Below are positions 1 to 7,022 of a stretch of 25,018 nt of DNA, one piece after another (positions within the stretch are counted from its first letter, which is position 1; each line of letters starts with the position of its first letter). A model generated the notes under the pieces. The model made no database searches. It saw only the letters and a program-made list of their open reading frames with translations, and was not told where the DNA came from. Origin of the DNA: a bacterium. Lineage in GTDB: Bacteria; Patescibacteriota; Minisyncoccia; Phycocordibacterales; UBA9973. The DNA is taken from contig JBAXNK010000001.1 in assembly GCA_037133845.1 (NCBI GenBank), positions 1 to 25,018 of the forward strand, written 5' to 3'. The translations under genes and the position numbers were made by a program.

Positions 1-671
1 ACCTCCAGACTCTTCTTGCGGAGCTCAGGCTCAAACTGCATCACAAGCTCTCCACCCTTCTGCATTAGGATTATGGTAATATCTTCAATCAAGTCAGCTG
101 GGAAATACTTTGCGAATGTATCCTTTACGAATTCTGCAAGCTCGCCAGCAAGCTCTACTCCAGTAGGACCACCACCTACAATCACAAATGTGAGCATCTT
201 CTTGCGAGCCTCTCTATCTGTCAGATACGAAGCCTTTTCTATCTGAGTTATACAGCGATTCTTTATAGCAATAGCCTGCTCTAAGGTCTTTAGTGGCATA
301 GAATACTTTTCTGCTCCAGGAGTATTGAAAAAGTTCGTCGTAGCCCCTGGTGCAAGCACTATATAGTCATAGGTAAGGACTGTGTCACCAAGCTTAACGG
401 TCTTGTCTTTAAGGTTCACAGATTCTGCGCGACCTATATGAAAATTATCCAAACAACAACCGAGCGCCTTGTGTATGGGTTCAATGATGTTCTCTGGGCT
501 GATACCGCCGGTAGCTACTTCATGCAGAAGTGGAGTAAAGAGGAAGAAGTTGTTATCCCCCACCAGAGTGACATGCACACGAGGGTTATTGTGGAAAAGC
601 TTGTGCATGCTTTTAAGAGCATATATCCCACCAAATCCGTTACCGACTATCAATATCTTTATTTGCTCCAT
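1..671 (-). CDS. ndh: Type II NADH:quinone oxidoreductase (NDH-2 family FAD-dependent oxidoreductase), 3' end runs off the window
   Basis: Manual translation from ATG at 671: MEQIKILIVGNGFGGIYALK...NNFFLFTPLLHEVATGGIS...YDYIVLAPGATTNFFNTPGAEKYSMPLKTLEQA...TFVIVGGGPTGVELAGELAE. Both Rossmann motifs and the FTPLLHEVATG motif typical of NDH-2 are present. Absent from the ORF track because there is no stop in the window. Confidence 0.9.
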   Translation of the reverse strand, partial: MEQIKILIVGNGFGGIYALKSMHKLFHNNPRVHVTLVGDNNFFLFTPLLHEVATGGISPENIIEPIHKALGCCLDNFHIGRAESVNLKDKTVKLGDTVLTYDYIVLAPGATTNFFNTPGAEKYSMPLKTLEQAIAIKNRCITQIEKASYLTDREARKKMLTFVIVGGGPTGVELAGELAEFVKDTFAKYFPADLIEDITIILMQKGGELVMQFEPELRKKSLE

Positions 672-745
672 AATATATTGATTTTATCACATTCGAGGTC
701 TTTTAAAAAATAGAATTTAAATCGGCATATGGTATAATATTACGT

Positions 746-1216
746 ATGGAAGAAGTAATTATAGACAGGATAGATTGGCGAGCACCAGAGTACGCACATA
801 GCAATCGTGGTATCGACTTCTTCTGGACTATTGGTATTGTTGCAGTTCTCGGAGCGATACTTGCACTCTGGTCAAGAGACTTCATCTTCGCCATATTCAT
901 ACTTATATCAGGATTTTGTTTGATCATATTCACCATAAGGAAGCCCCACGAGATCGAGTTCTCTATCGAAAGCGGTGGAATCAGCATGGGTCGCGACAAG
1001 TACTCTTGGAAGAACATCAAGGGTTTTGATCTTAAGACTGGAGCCCCTTACATGAAGCTACTCATAGAGACAGACAAGAGGTTCCTGCCTGTTTACACCA
1101 TTCCCCTACCGGTGGACATGTCAGATGAAGTCCGCTCTTCTATCATAAGAGTAGTTCCCAACATCGAACTCGAGGAATCCCAGTCTATGCTCTTCATGGA
1201 GAGACTAGGGTTCTAA
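746..1216 (+). CDS. Hypothetical membrane protein (two N-terminal TM helices, then a small beta-rich domain)
   Basis: 156-aa ORF with hydrophobic hairpin FFWTIGIVAVLGAILALW...FIFAIFILISGFCLIIF. Extended -10 (TG-g-TATAAT, 730-738) lies 7 nt before the ATG. Confidence 0.8.
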   Translation: MEEVIIDRIDWRAPEYAHSNRGIDFFWTIGIVAVLGAILALWSRDFIFAIFILISGFCLIIFTIRKPHEIEFSIESGGISMGRDKYSWKNIKGFDLKTGAPYMKLLIETDKRFLPVYTIPLPVDMSDEVRSSIIRVVPNIELEESQSMLFMERLGF

Positions 1217-1222
1217 TATTTG

Positions 1223-1294
1223 TGATCCCGGCAGGAATCGAACCTGCATCGCAACTTCCGCAAAGTTGCGTCCTATCCATTGAACGACGGGACC
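1223..1294 (-). tRNA. tRNA-Arg (anticodon GCG), CCA not encoded
   Basis: Reverse complement folds as GGTCCCG-TC-GTTC-AATGGATA-GGAC-G-CAACT-TTGCGGA-AGTTG-CGAT-GCAGG-TTCGATT-CCTGC-CGGGATC-A. Anticodon at 1259-1261. Confidence 0.93.
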
Positions 1295-1360
1295 AAATAA
1301 CCTTTTAAATCTACACTATTTGACAAGTATTGGCAAGGCTGTTAAATCCAGCAAGTAAAA

Positions 1361-1391
1361 AGCCGACGTTCCTTTTTGGGGTTCGTCGGCT
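1361..1391 (-). terminator. Intrinsic terminator (probably bidirectional) after the small orphan gene
   Basis: Stem AGCCGACG (1361-1368) / CGTCGGCT (1384-1391), followed by TTTTT on the minus strand and CTTGTTTTT on the plus strand. Confidence 0.7.
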
Positions 1392-1458
1392 CTTGTTTTT
1401 GTAAGCGTTGGGTCAGGTGCTCGGTCCTACATTCGATTACGTCGAATGGCGTTCGAGA

Positions 1459-1659
1459 CTACTTGAGTTTCATGATTTGGGGCCCTGATACTGGGGCACA
1501 CTTACTCGCCCCCGCCCTCAGACCATCTGCATAGTCATCCCTCATGGAGTGTACTCCTTCTCTTTTTCCTTTCTCGTAAGAAAGCACTACAACGAGTGCC
1601 ACTACGCAAAGGAGGGCAATCTTGCCCGAATGATCAGCTACCCAGAAAATAACGCCCAT
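1459..1659 (-). CDS. Small orphan protein with a single N-terminal TM segment (66 aa)
   Basis: TM segment IALLCVVALVVVLSY. SD GAGGTGA (1666-1672) 6 nt before the ATG, own promoter upstream and terminator downstream. Confidence 0.75.
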   Translation of the reverse strand: MGVIFWVADHSGKIALLCVVALVVVLSYEKGKREGVHSMRDDYADGLRAGASKCAPVSGPQIMKLK

Positions 1660-1678
1660 AAAAAATCACCTCGTGTAT

Positions 1679-1707
1679 ATAATAGCACAATACAGTCTAT
1701 TTGTCAA
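1679..1707 (-). promoter_or_regulatory. Sigma70-type promoter of the 66-aa orphan gene
   Basis: TTGACA (1702-1707), 17 nt spacer, TG-c-TATTAT (-10 at 1679-1684). Confidence 0.75.
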
Positions 1708-1713
1708 TAGCAA

Positions 1714-1738
1714 AATACCCCTTGTTTTAAGGGGTATT
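1714..1738 (-). terminator. Intrinsic terminator of the DUF5666-like gene
   Basis: 10-bp perfect stem AATACCCCTT / AAGGGGTATT with a 5-nt loop and a short T-run on the minus strand; abuts the next -35 box. Confidence 0.65.
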
Positions 1739-1767
1739 ACTGATAGAGATTAACTATTAAATCGAGC

Positions 1768-2829
1768 TTAGAATCCAAATATCCTTCCAAAGAAACCTCC
1801 GACTGAACCAAAGAATCCCTTAGGCTTCTGTTGTGGCTTTGGAGCTCCGCCATCCTGGTTGTCACCCTGGCCCATTTGGCCCTGACCACCCTGATCGCCT
1901 TCCCCGCCACTTACATTTGTATTAGTATTTACGTTTTCCATCTTTGGCTTACCATCAAGTACTGTTGTCGCTGTGACAGATGTGCCGCTGATAGCACCCT
2001 GGACTATGATCATGTCTCCAACCTTAAGGTCTGCGACTGTTCCAGCCTTATCACCTGCTAGTATCTTGGCGCTCGTCACATCCACTGTGTATGTGACATT
2101 GCCCTTGTTTGTTATCACTACACTGTTGCCAGTGATAGAAGTTATCGATCCTGCAACTACAGGCTGACCGCTACCTGTAAATGGCGAGGTTCCATTTGGA
2201 CCTGCCTCTTGTCCATCACCATTACCCTTACCCTCTTTACCACCACGGCCCTTACCCTGACCGAGATCCCCCATCATATTTGCAAGCGGGCCATCATTGA
2301 TAACCTTGGCAACTATCGTTGTACCTTTTAATTCGCCTGTTATCATAACAGTGTCTCCAACTACAATGTCAGCAAGTGTAGCTAAGACACCCGCCTTGGC
2401 CACCTTGGCATTGGTTGCATCTATAGTAAGTGTTGTAGATGTAGCAGGTGCTGTACTTGGGCTAGCAGTATTGGTATTACTATTGTCGCCTTCGCCAGAC
2501 TTGTTCAGTCTCATCATGGGATTAGTCCTAGTAATCGTTATAGTGTTACCACTAATAGCGGTCACTGTTCCCAAGATAGCTGGGCGTCCCATCTTCTTGT
2601 TGTTAGCACGGCCCATCATACCAGGCTGACCTCCTGGCATCATAGGGTTTGGCTTACCCTGATCACCTCCCTGAGATCTGCCCTGGTCTTCTCCACCTTT
2701 GAAGCGAAGCACTTGTCCTGCTGGTGCTACGCCAGCAGATGATTCCTCGGCGAGCACTGGCATCGCAACAAGTGAACCCAATATAGTTGCCGAGGTGAGA
2801 CCGGCGACTAGATATTTCTTAATTTTCAT
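1768..2829 (-). CDS. Secreted Gly/Gln-rich protein with two DUF5666-like beta repeats
   Basis: Signal peptide MKIKKYLVAGLTSATILGSLVAMPVLA. Two repeats of the form GTVTAISGNTITIT...ADIVVGDTVMITG and GSITSITGNSVVIT...ADLKVGDMIIVQG, joined by low-complexity linkers. Amphipathic C-tail GFFGSVGGFFGRIFGF. The DUF5666 assignment is from pattern recall. Confidence 0.7.
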   Translation of the reverse strand: MKIKKYLVAGLTSATILGSLVAMPVLAEESSAGVAPAGQVLRFKGGEDQGRSQGGDQGKPNPMMPGGQPGMMGRANNKKMGRPAILGTVTAISGNTITITRTNPMMRLNKSGEGDNSNTNTASPSTAPATSTTLTIDATNAKVAKAGVLATLADIVVGDTVMITGELKGTTIVAKVINDGPLANMMGDLGQGKGRGGKEGKGNGDGQEAGPNGTSPFTGSGQPVVAGSITSITGNSVVITNKGNVTYTVDVTSAKILAGDKAGTVADLKVGDMIIVQGAISGTSVTATTVLDGKPKMENVNTNTNVSGGEGDQGGQGQMGQGDNQDGGAPKPQQKPKGFFGSVGGFFGRIFGF

Positions 2830-2889
2830 AATTTATATTTATTTAATTTATTAATATGATACTTCATACGACTTATACGAAGTACTACT

Positions 2890-2961
2890 ATTATAGTATA
2901 GTTTCCCACCATGAAGAAAGCGTGAAGCCTGATTTGTGTCATTTTTACTTAGTGTTATACT
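2890..2961. promoter_or_regulatory. Divergent promoter region with an 11-bp-spaced direct repeat
   Basis: Leftward -10 TATAAT (2890-2895, minus strand); rightward TG-t-TATACT (2953-2961); direct repeat CATGAAG (2910-2916) / CGTGAAG (2921-2927). Confidence 0.5.
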
Positions 2962-3002
2962 GTACATATAAAAGTCGCTTAATTAATTAAAGTAATTTAT
3001 AT

Positions 3003-3413
3003 ATGATGGAAAAAAATTCTAACGAAAATACATGTTCAAGTTGTGGGCGTTGCGGTTCTTGTGGTGGCGGTGGTTCTTGTGGTAACAGTGGTAGTTGCAT
3101 GATGTCAGGAGGATGCCATGGTGGTATGCACGGACACTTCCTGGCGAAGAAGATACTCATGATACTTATCCTTGCTGCAGTATTCTGTCTAGGAACACAG
3201 GTTGGTGAACTCAAGTCGGCCCAGAGACACTCTCGCTACAATAGCGGGTACGGAATGATGGGTAATTACCGTGGTGATTACAACGGAGGTTCAGGCATGA
3301 TGGGTTGGTGGGGCACAGATGAAGATCAAGCCGTGATCATACCGCCACAGACAAAGGCGGATCAAGAGGTTATCGTAAATAGCACAAAGGCGGTTACTCC
3401 TACAAAAAAGTAA
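3003..3413 (+). CDS. Hypothetical membrane protein with a Cys/Gly/His/Met-rich N-terminus
   Basis: 136 aa: CSSCGRCGSCGGGGSCGNSGSCMMSGGCHGGMHGH, then TM ILMILILAAVFCLG, then a GMMG-rich tail. Confidence 0.8.
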   Translation: MMEKNSNENTCSSCGRCGSCGGGGSCGNSGSCMMSGGCHGGMHGHFLAKKILMILILAAVFCLGTQVGELKSAQRHSRYNSGYGMMGNYRGDYNGGSGMMGWWGTDEDQAVIIPPQTKADQEVIVNSTKAVTPTKK

Positions 3414-3420
3414 TTCCAAT

Positions 3421-3466
3421 AAATAATAAAATCCCTAAAGCAACTGCTTTAGGGATTTTATTATTT
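3421..3466. terminator. Bidirectional terminator, 21-bp perfect inverted repeat
   Basis: AAATAATAAAATCCCTAAAGC (3421-3441), loop AACT, GCTTTAGGGATTTTATTATTT (3446-3466). Lies between convergent genes and overlaps the thioredoxin-like stop codon. Confidence 0.85.
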
Positions 3467-3727
3467 ACCGTCTGCCCAATTCTTGATCTCTTTATAAGTA
3501 AATTCACCACAGAGAGTTTGACAGGTTTTCTGGTTTAGAAAGAATGGCACTCCCCCACAAGGCTCGTCACTACAGTCGAGCTCTTCGAGCATCTTATTGT
3601 TACCCTCATCGTGCCAGACTTCTACCTTCCTTATCTTATATCCCTCATTCACTAGCTTATCTACGAACTTCTCCATCCGTATGCAGTGTGGACATTCAAG
3701 TCCATAGAAGAATAAGAGTTCTTTCAT
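3461..3727 (-). CDS. Thioredoxin/glutaredoxin-like protein
   Basis: FYGLECPHC active site and GGVPFF cis-Pro motif; TAATG overlap with the rpsT stop. Confidence 0.85.
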   Translation of the reverse strand: MKELLFFYGLECPHCIRMEKFVDKLVNEGYKIRKVEVWHDEGNNKMLEELDCSDEPCGGVPFFLNQKTCQTLCGEFTYKEIKNWADGK

Positions 3728-3981
3728 TACTTAGTTATCTTCGATAGGCGAGCCTTTTTACGAGAAGCGTTGTTCTTCTTGATGACACCCTTCTTTGCTG
3801 CCTTATCTATAGCACTATAAGCAGAAGATAGGAGCTTCTTAGCCTCGGCAGGCTTCTTTTCCTTTACTAACTTTTCGATATTCTTAATAGACTCTTTGAC
3901 GAGCTTCTTTGTGCGGTTATTTACCGCTTGTTTTACAAGCGATCCGCGTAGGGCCTTTTTGGCTGATTTGGTTATTGGCAT
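3727..3981 (-). CDS. rpsT: 30S ribosomal protein S20
   Basis: MPITKSAKKALR...AYSAIDKAAKKGVIKKNNASRKKARL. Start corrected to the ATG at 3981; the track start at 4017 overlaps the promoter. Confidence 0.95.
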   Translation of the reverse strand: MPITKSAKKALRGSLVKQAVNNRTKKLVKESIKNIEKLVKEKKPAEAKKLLSSAYSAIDKAAKKGVIKKNNASRKKARLSKITK

Positions 3982-4036
3982 ATCCCGCATATTAGCAGAA
4001 ATAGCTGAAAAAGACAATGTTTGCTATTATTTAGTC

Positions 4037-4615
4037 ATGATTGCTCACATAAAAGGCTCGACCCTGTATATAGACGACAAGTTCACCATTATAGACGTTG
4101 GCGGGGTCGGATATAAGGTATTTACCACACCAGAGAACATATCTACTCTCAAAGAGGGCTCGCCTGCTTCGTTCTGGACATACACAGTTGTCCGAGAAAC
4201 GGCACTGGACCTCTATGGATTCGCAAGCACAGAGGAGCTATCGTTCTTCGAGATGTTGCTCGATGTGTCAGGTATCGGTCCTAAGTCAGCCCTCGGCATA
4301 CTCTCGATAGCATCAGTCGATACTCTCAAGCGGGCTATAGCCACAGGAGATGTAGGCTACTTGAACAAGGTATCAGGTATAGGCCGCAAAACAGCAGAGA
4401 AGATAGTACTTGAACTTCGCGATAAACTAAAAGCTCACAACGAAGAAAATGGTGGCCCAAGTACCCTTCGTGGAGAAAGTGATGCAGTTGAAGCCCTCAA
4501 ATCTCTAGGGTATTCACAGGGAGAAGCGCGTGATGCTCTACGCCTTGTACCAGCAAGCATCGAAGCTACAAATGCTCGCATAAAAGAAGCCTTAAAGATA
4601 CTCGGGGGTAAATAA
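4037..4615 (+). CDS. ruvA: Holliday junction branch migration protein RuvA
   Basis: MIAHIKG...IDVGGVGY...LYGF...LLDVSGIGPKSALGIL...VSGIGRKTAEKIVLELRDK...ALKSLGYS. Start corrected to the ATG at 4037. Confidence 0.95.
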   Translation: MIAHIKGSTLYIDDKFTIIDVGGVGYKVFTTPENISTLKEGSPASFWTYTVVRETALDLYGFASTEELSFFEMLLDVSGIGPKSALGILSIASVDTLKRAIATGDVGYLNKVSGIGRKTAEKIVLELRDKLKAHNEENGGPSTLRGESDAVEALKSLGYSQGEARDALRLVPASIEATNARIKEALKILGGK

Positions 4616-4616
4616 C

Positions 4617-5558
4617 ATGCCAGAACTTCCAGAAGTCACAACTACTGTGCGAGGTTTACAGAGAGTCTTGCCAGGACTTACTATTACTGACGTGTGGACG
4701 GACATTGCGAAAGACAAAGTAACACGCTCCGATTTCGAGGGTACAGTTAAAAGCAAGAAGTTCTTCGTAAAATTCAAGAGCTCGGTCGTTGGACAGAAAG
4801 TGCTGTCGGTTGAACGTAGAGCTAAAAATATATTGATAAACATATCCGGAGGGAAAACTATACTCATACACCTAAAGATGACTGGTCACCTAATATATGG
4901 GAACTATGTTTATAACAAAAAGGATAATACTTGGACCCCAGACAAAGACGAGCGCGAGGAGCTACACGATCCATACAACAGATTCGTGCACGTAGTTTTC
5001 AATTTTAATAAAAAGAACAGCTTAGCTTTCTGTGACGCACGCAAGTTCGGTAAGGTGACAGTACTCGATACTAAAACTGCCCATCAGAGTTCACACTTGG
5101 TGGGCATAGGACCAGAGCCACTTGATAAAAATTTCACTTTAGAGAATTTTACAGAATTATTGAATAAAAGTGTTCCCAAAAATAGTAAGCAGGCTATCAA
5201 AACTATCCTTATGGATCAGTATGTTATAGCGGGTATAGGCAACATATATTCAGATGAGATGCTCTGGCTTACACATATCCACCCAGAATCGAACCCGAGC
5301 AGTATCCCCCTCCCTAAAATGAAGGCTCTTTATACGAATATGCGCAAAGTTCTAAATAAGGGTATCGATTTCGGAGGAGACTCGATGTCAGACTATCGAG
5401 ATATCGATGGCAAGCGTGGAAACTTCCAGAATCATCACAATGTCTATAGGAAAAATAAAGAGGAGTGTGGGCTTAAAGGCTGCACTGGTGTTATAATAAG
5501 GAAAGTTATCGGAGGCCGCAGTGCACACTTTTGCAGTAAGCATCAGATTAAATATTAA
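4617..5558 (+). CDS. mutM: Formamidopyrimidine-DNA glycosylase (Fpg/MutM)
   Basis: N-terminal MPELPEV, HLKMTG, H2TH motif GIGNIYSDE and a C-terminal zinc-finger-like region. Confidence 0.93.
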   Translation: MPELPEVTTTVRGLQRVLPGLTITDVWTDIAKDKVTRSDFEGTVKSKKFFVKFKSSVVGQKVLSVERRAKNILINISGGKTILIHLKMTGHLIYGNYVYNKKDNTWTPDKDEREELHDPYNRFVHVVFNFNKKNSLAFCDARKFGKVTVLDTKTAHQSSHLVGIGPEPLDKNFTLENFTELLNKSVPKNSKQAIKTILMDQYVIAGIGNIYSDEMLWLTHIHPESNPSSIPLPKMKALYTNMRKVLNKGIDFGGDSMSDYRDIDGKRGNFQNHHNVYRKNKEECGLKGCTGVIIRKVIGGRSAHFCSKHQIKY

Positions 5559-5563
5559 AATAT

Positions 5564-5758
5564 ATGGCAGACAAACCAAAACCTAAGCCAAGTTTTTTAG
5601 AAGAACACTTCGGTCTCTCTGTCACACTCTTTATACTTATCATATTCACTATATGGGTACTAACTGGTGGACCAAATCCCGGCACAAAAAACAAGAACAA
5701 CTTCCTTAGCAGTCCAACACCAGAGGATACATACAAGGCTGGTAGTTATAAATACTAG
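5564..5758 (+). CDS. Small single-TM hypothetical protein (64 aa)
   Basis: Starts 5 nt after the mutM stop on the same strand; TM segment LSVTLFILIIFTIWVLTGG; exactly fills the gap to the convergent methylase gene. Confidence 0.7.
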   Translation: MADKPKPKPSFLEEHFGLSVTLFILIIFTIWVLTGGPNPGTKNKNNFLSSPTPEDTYKAGSYKY

Positions 5759-5759
5759 A

Positions 5760-6275
5760 CTAAGACCTTAGTATTCTAAAGAGTGCAACGCCGCAAGCGA
5801 CCGATACATTGAGCGACTCCTTCTTCCCTGCCATCGGTATGAATGCGATAAGATCGCACTTGTCTAGAATCTTCTTATCAACACCCTCAACCTCAGACCC
5901 TAGTATAAAGGCTACCTTATCTACGTTTTTACTTTTTAATAAAGCTGATATTTTCCTGTAATCTATCGCCTGAGGGTCTTGCTCTATCGCGATCATAGTA
6001 AAGCCTTTTTTCTTTAGACTTACAATCAGAGGTGCGAGCTTTTCTTTATACTCCCAAGCAACCCAAGTCTCAGCTCCAAGTGCTGCTTTGGCTATATCCT
6101 TCTGAATTCTATCAAATTTATCGCTAGGCCTAGGAGTGTGCCCAGTCAAATATATTTTAGATATGCCTACTGCATCAGCTGTACGGAAAATTGAGCCGAT
6201 ATTTATAGCGCTACGGATGTCAGGCAGGATGAGTATGGGTTCTATTTTAGTCTTAGATTTATTGATTTTTATCAT
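5760..6275 (-). CDS. TrmH/SpoU-family RNA methyltransferase
   Basis: ILPDIRSAINIGSIFRTADA, ILGSEVEGV and IPMAGKKESLNVSVA are the SPOUT motifs. Confidence 0.9.
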   Translation of the reverse strand: MIKINKSKTKIEPILILPDIRSAINIGSIFRTADAVGISKIYLTGHTPRPSDKFDRIQKDIAKAALGAETWVAWEYKEKLAPLIVSLKKKGFTMIAIEQDPQAIDYRKISALLKSKNVDKVAFILGSEVEGVDKKILDKCDLIAFIPMAGKKESLNVSVACGVALFRILRS

Positions 6276-6311
6276 AAAATGTGTTAATTTTAGTCTTGTT
6301 TAGTCATATTC

Positions 6312-6387
6312 CCTCTCGTAGCTCAGTCGGTAGAGCAGCTCCCTTTTAAGGAGATGGTCGCAGGTTCGATTCCTGCCGAGAGGACCA
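6312..6387 (+). tRNA. tRNA-Lys (anticodon TTT), CCA encoded
   Basis: CCTCTCG-TA-GCTC-AGTCGGTA-GAGC-A-GCTCC-CTTTTAA-GGAGA-TGGTC-GCAGG-TTCGATT-CCTGC-CGAGAGG-A-CCA. Confidence 0.93.
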
Positions 6388-6392
6388 CCATT

Positions 6393-7022
6393 TTAGGAAA
6401 GCGAAGAAAGTATAAACTGTTCTAACCCAATAGTAAAATCCACCTCCCCTCTGTGTGCACGATGATAAAGTGACACAATCGAGCTTGATTTAGATACCAA
6501 GCTATCACGAGAAAAAACTCGACTATTGCCTATAACCATGGTCTTGATCTTCCAGAAGAGAATGCCTGAGATAGCTTCAGGCTCAATACCTGATTCGATG
6601 GCGGCTACATAGCTTGCCCATGCACCTATCTTATCCTTGCGTTCATACGCGTCTGCGATAGTGAAGACATTTATCTTTGGGGCCTGTTTTATAACCTTCT
6701 CTTCGAATTTCTCTATGGTCGCATACTTCTGATATTTCTTCTCATCTGCTGCAAGCAACTTGTCTTCCATAAAAAGAAAGTTTGTTTCTGAATCCTGGAG
6801 ATTTTTTAGTAACGGTAAAGAAAATACAAATCCAGATTTAATTATATTCTCTAGTTGCACACTTGAAGTTGTACCGAATAAACTAGTGCTCATAGCATAG
6901 AGAGATAAACTTTCCGGTGTGAGATCTTTTACCTGAAGTACAGTGAGCTCTGTACCGGAAACAATCGCACGTGCACGTGCGCCCTTCTTCTTTGTATCAT
7001 TACCTGCCAGAATATAGATCAT
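6393..7022 (-). CDS. Short DNA polymerase III delta subunit-like (HolA-like) protein
   Basis: MIYILAGND start with an ATGA overlap on the upstream stop at 7019-7021. SLFG motif and INVFTIADAYERKDKIGAW resemble HolA domains I and III. About 209 aa, shorter than typical HolA. Confidence 0.6.
   Translation of the reverse strand: MIYILAGNDTKKKGARARAIVSGTELTVLQVKDLTPESLSLYAMSTSLFGTTSSVQLENIIKSGFVFSLPLLKNLQDSETNFLFMEDKLLAADEKKYQKYATIEKFEEKVIKQAPKINVFTIADAYERKDKIGAWASYVAAIESGIEPEAISGILFWKIKTMVIGNSRVFSRDSLVSKSSSIVSLYHRAHRGEVDFTIGLEQFILSSLS

Noticed and set aside
16-1020. Track ORFs 16..246, 438..713, 469..681 (+) and 703..1020 (-)
   Set aside because: Antisense shadows of ndh (1..671, minus) and of the 746..1216 gene; no motifs or initiation signals.
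1831-2629. Plus-strand ORFs of 64-110 aa inside the DUF5666-like gene
   Set aside because: Antisense shadows; the minus frame has the signal peptide and repeats.
2883-2892. TACTACTATT triplet run resembling DnaA-trios
   Set aside because: Short, with no DnaA boxes nearby; lies just downstream of an ordinary -10 box.
1228-6378. Identical 19-nt GCAGGTTCGATTCCTGCCG in both tRNAs, which could mimic attL/attR
   Set aside because: It is the conserved T-arm of two intact, different tRNAs in opposite orientation; the DNA between them is core genes with no integrase.
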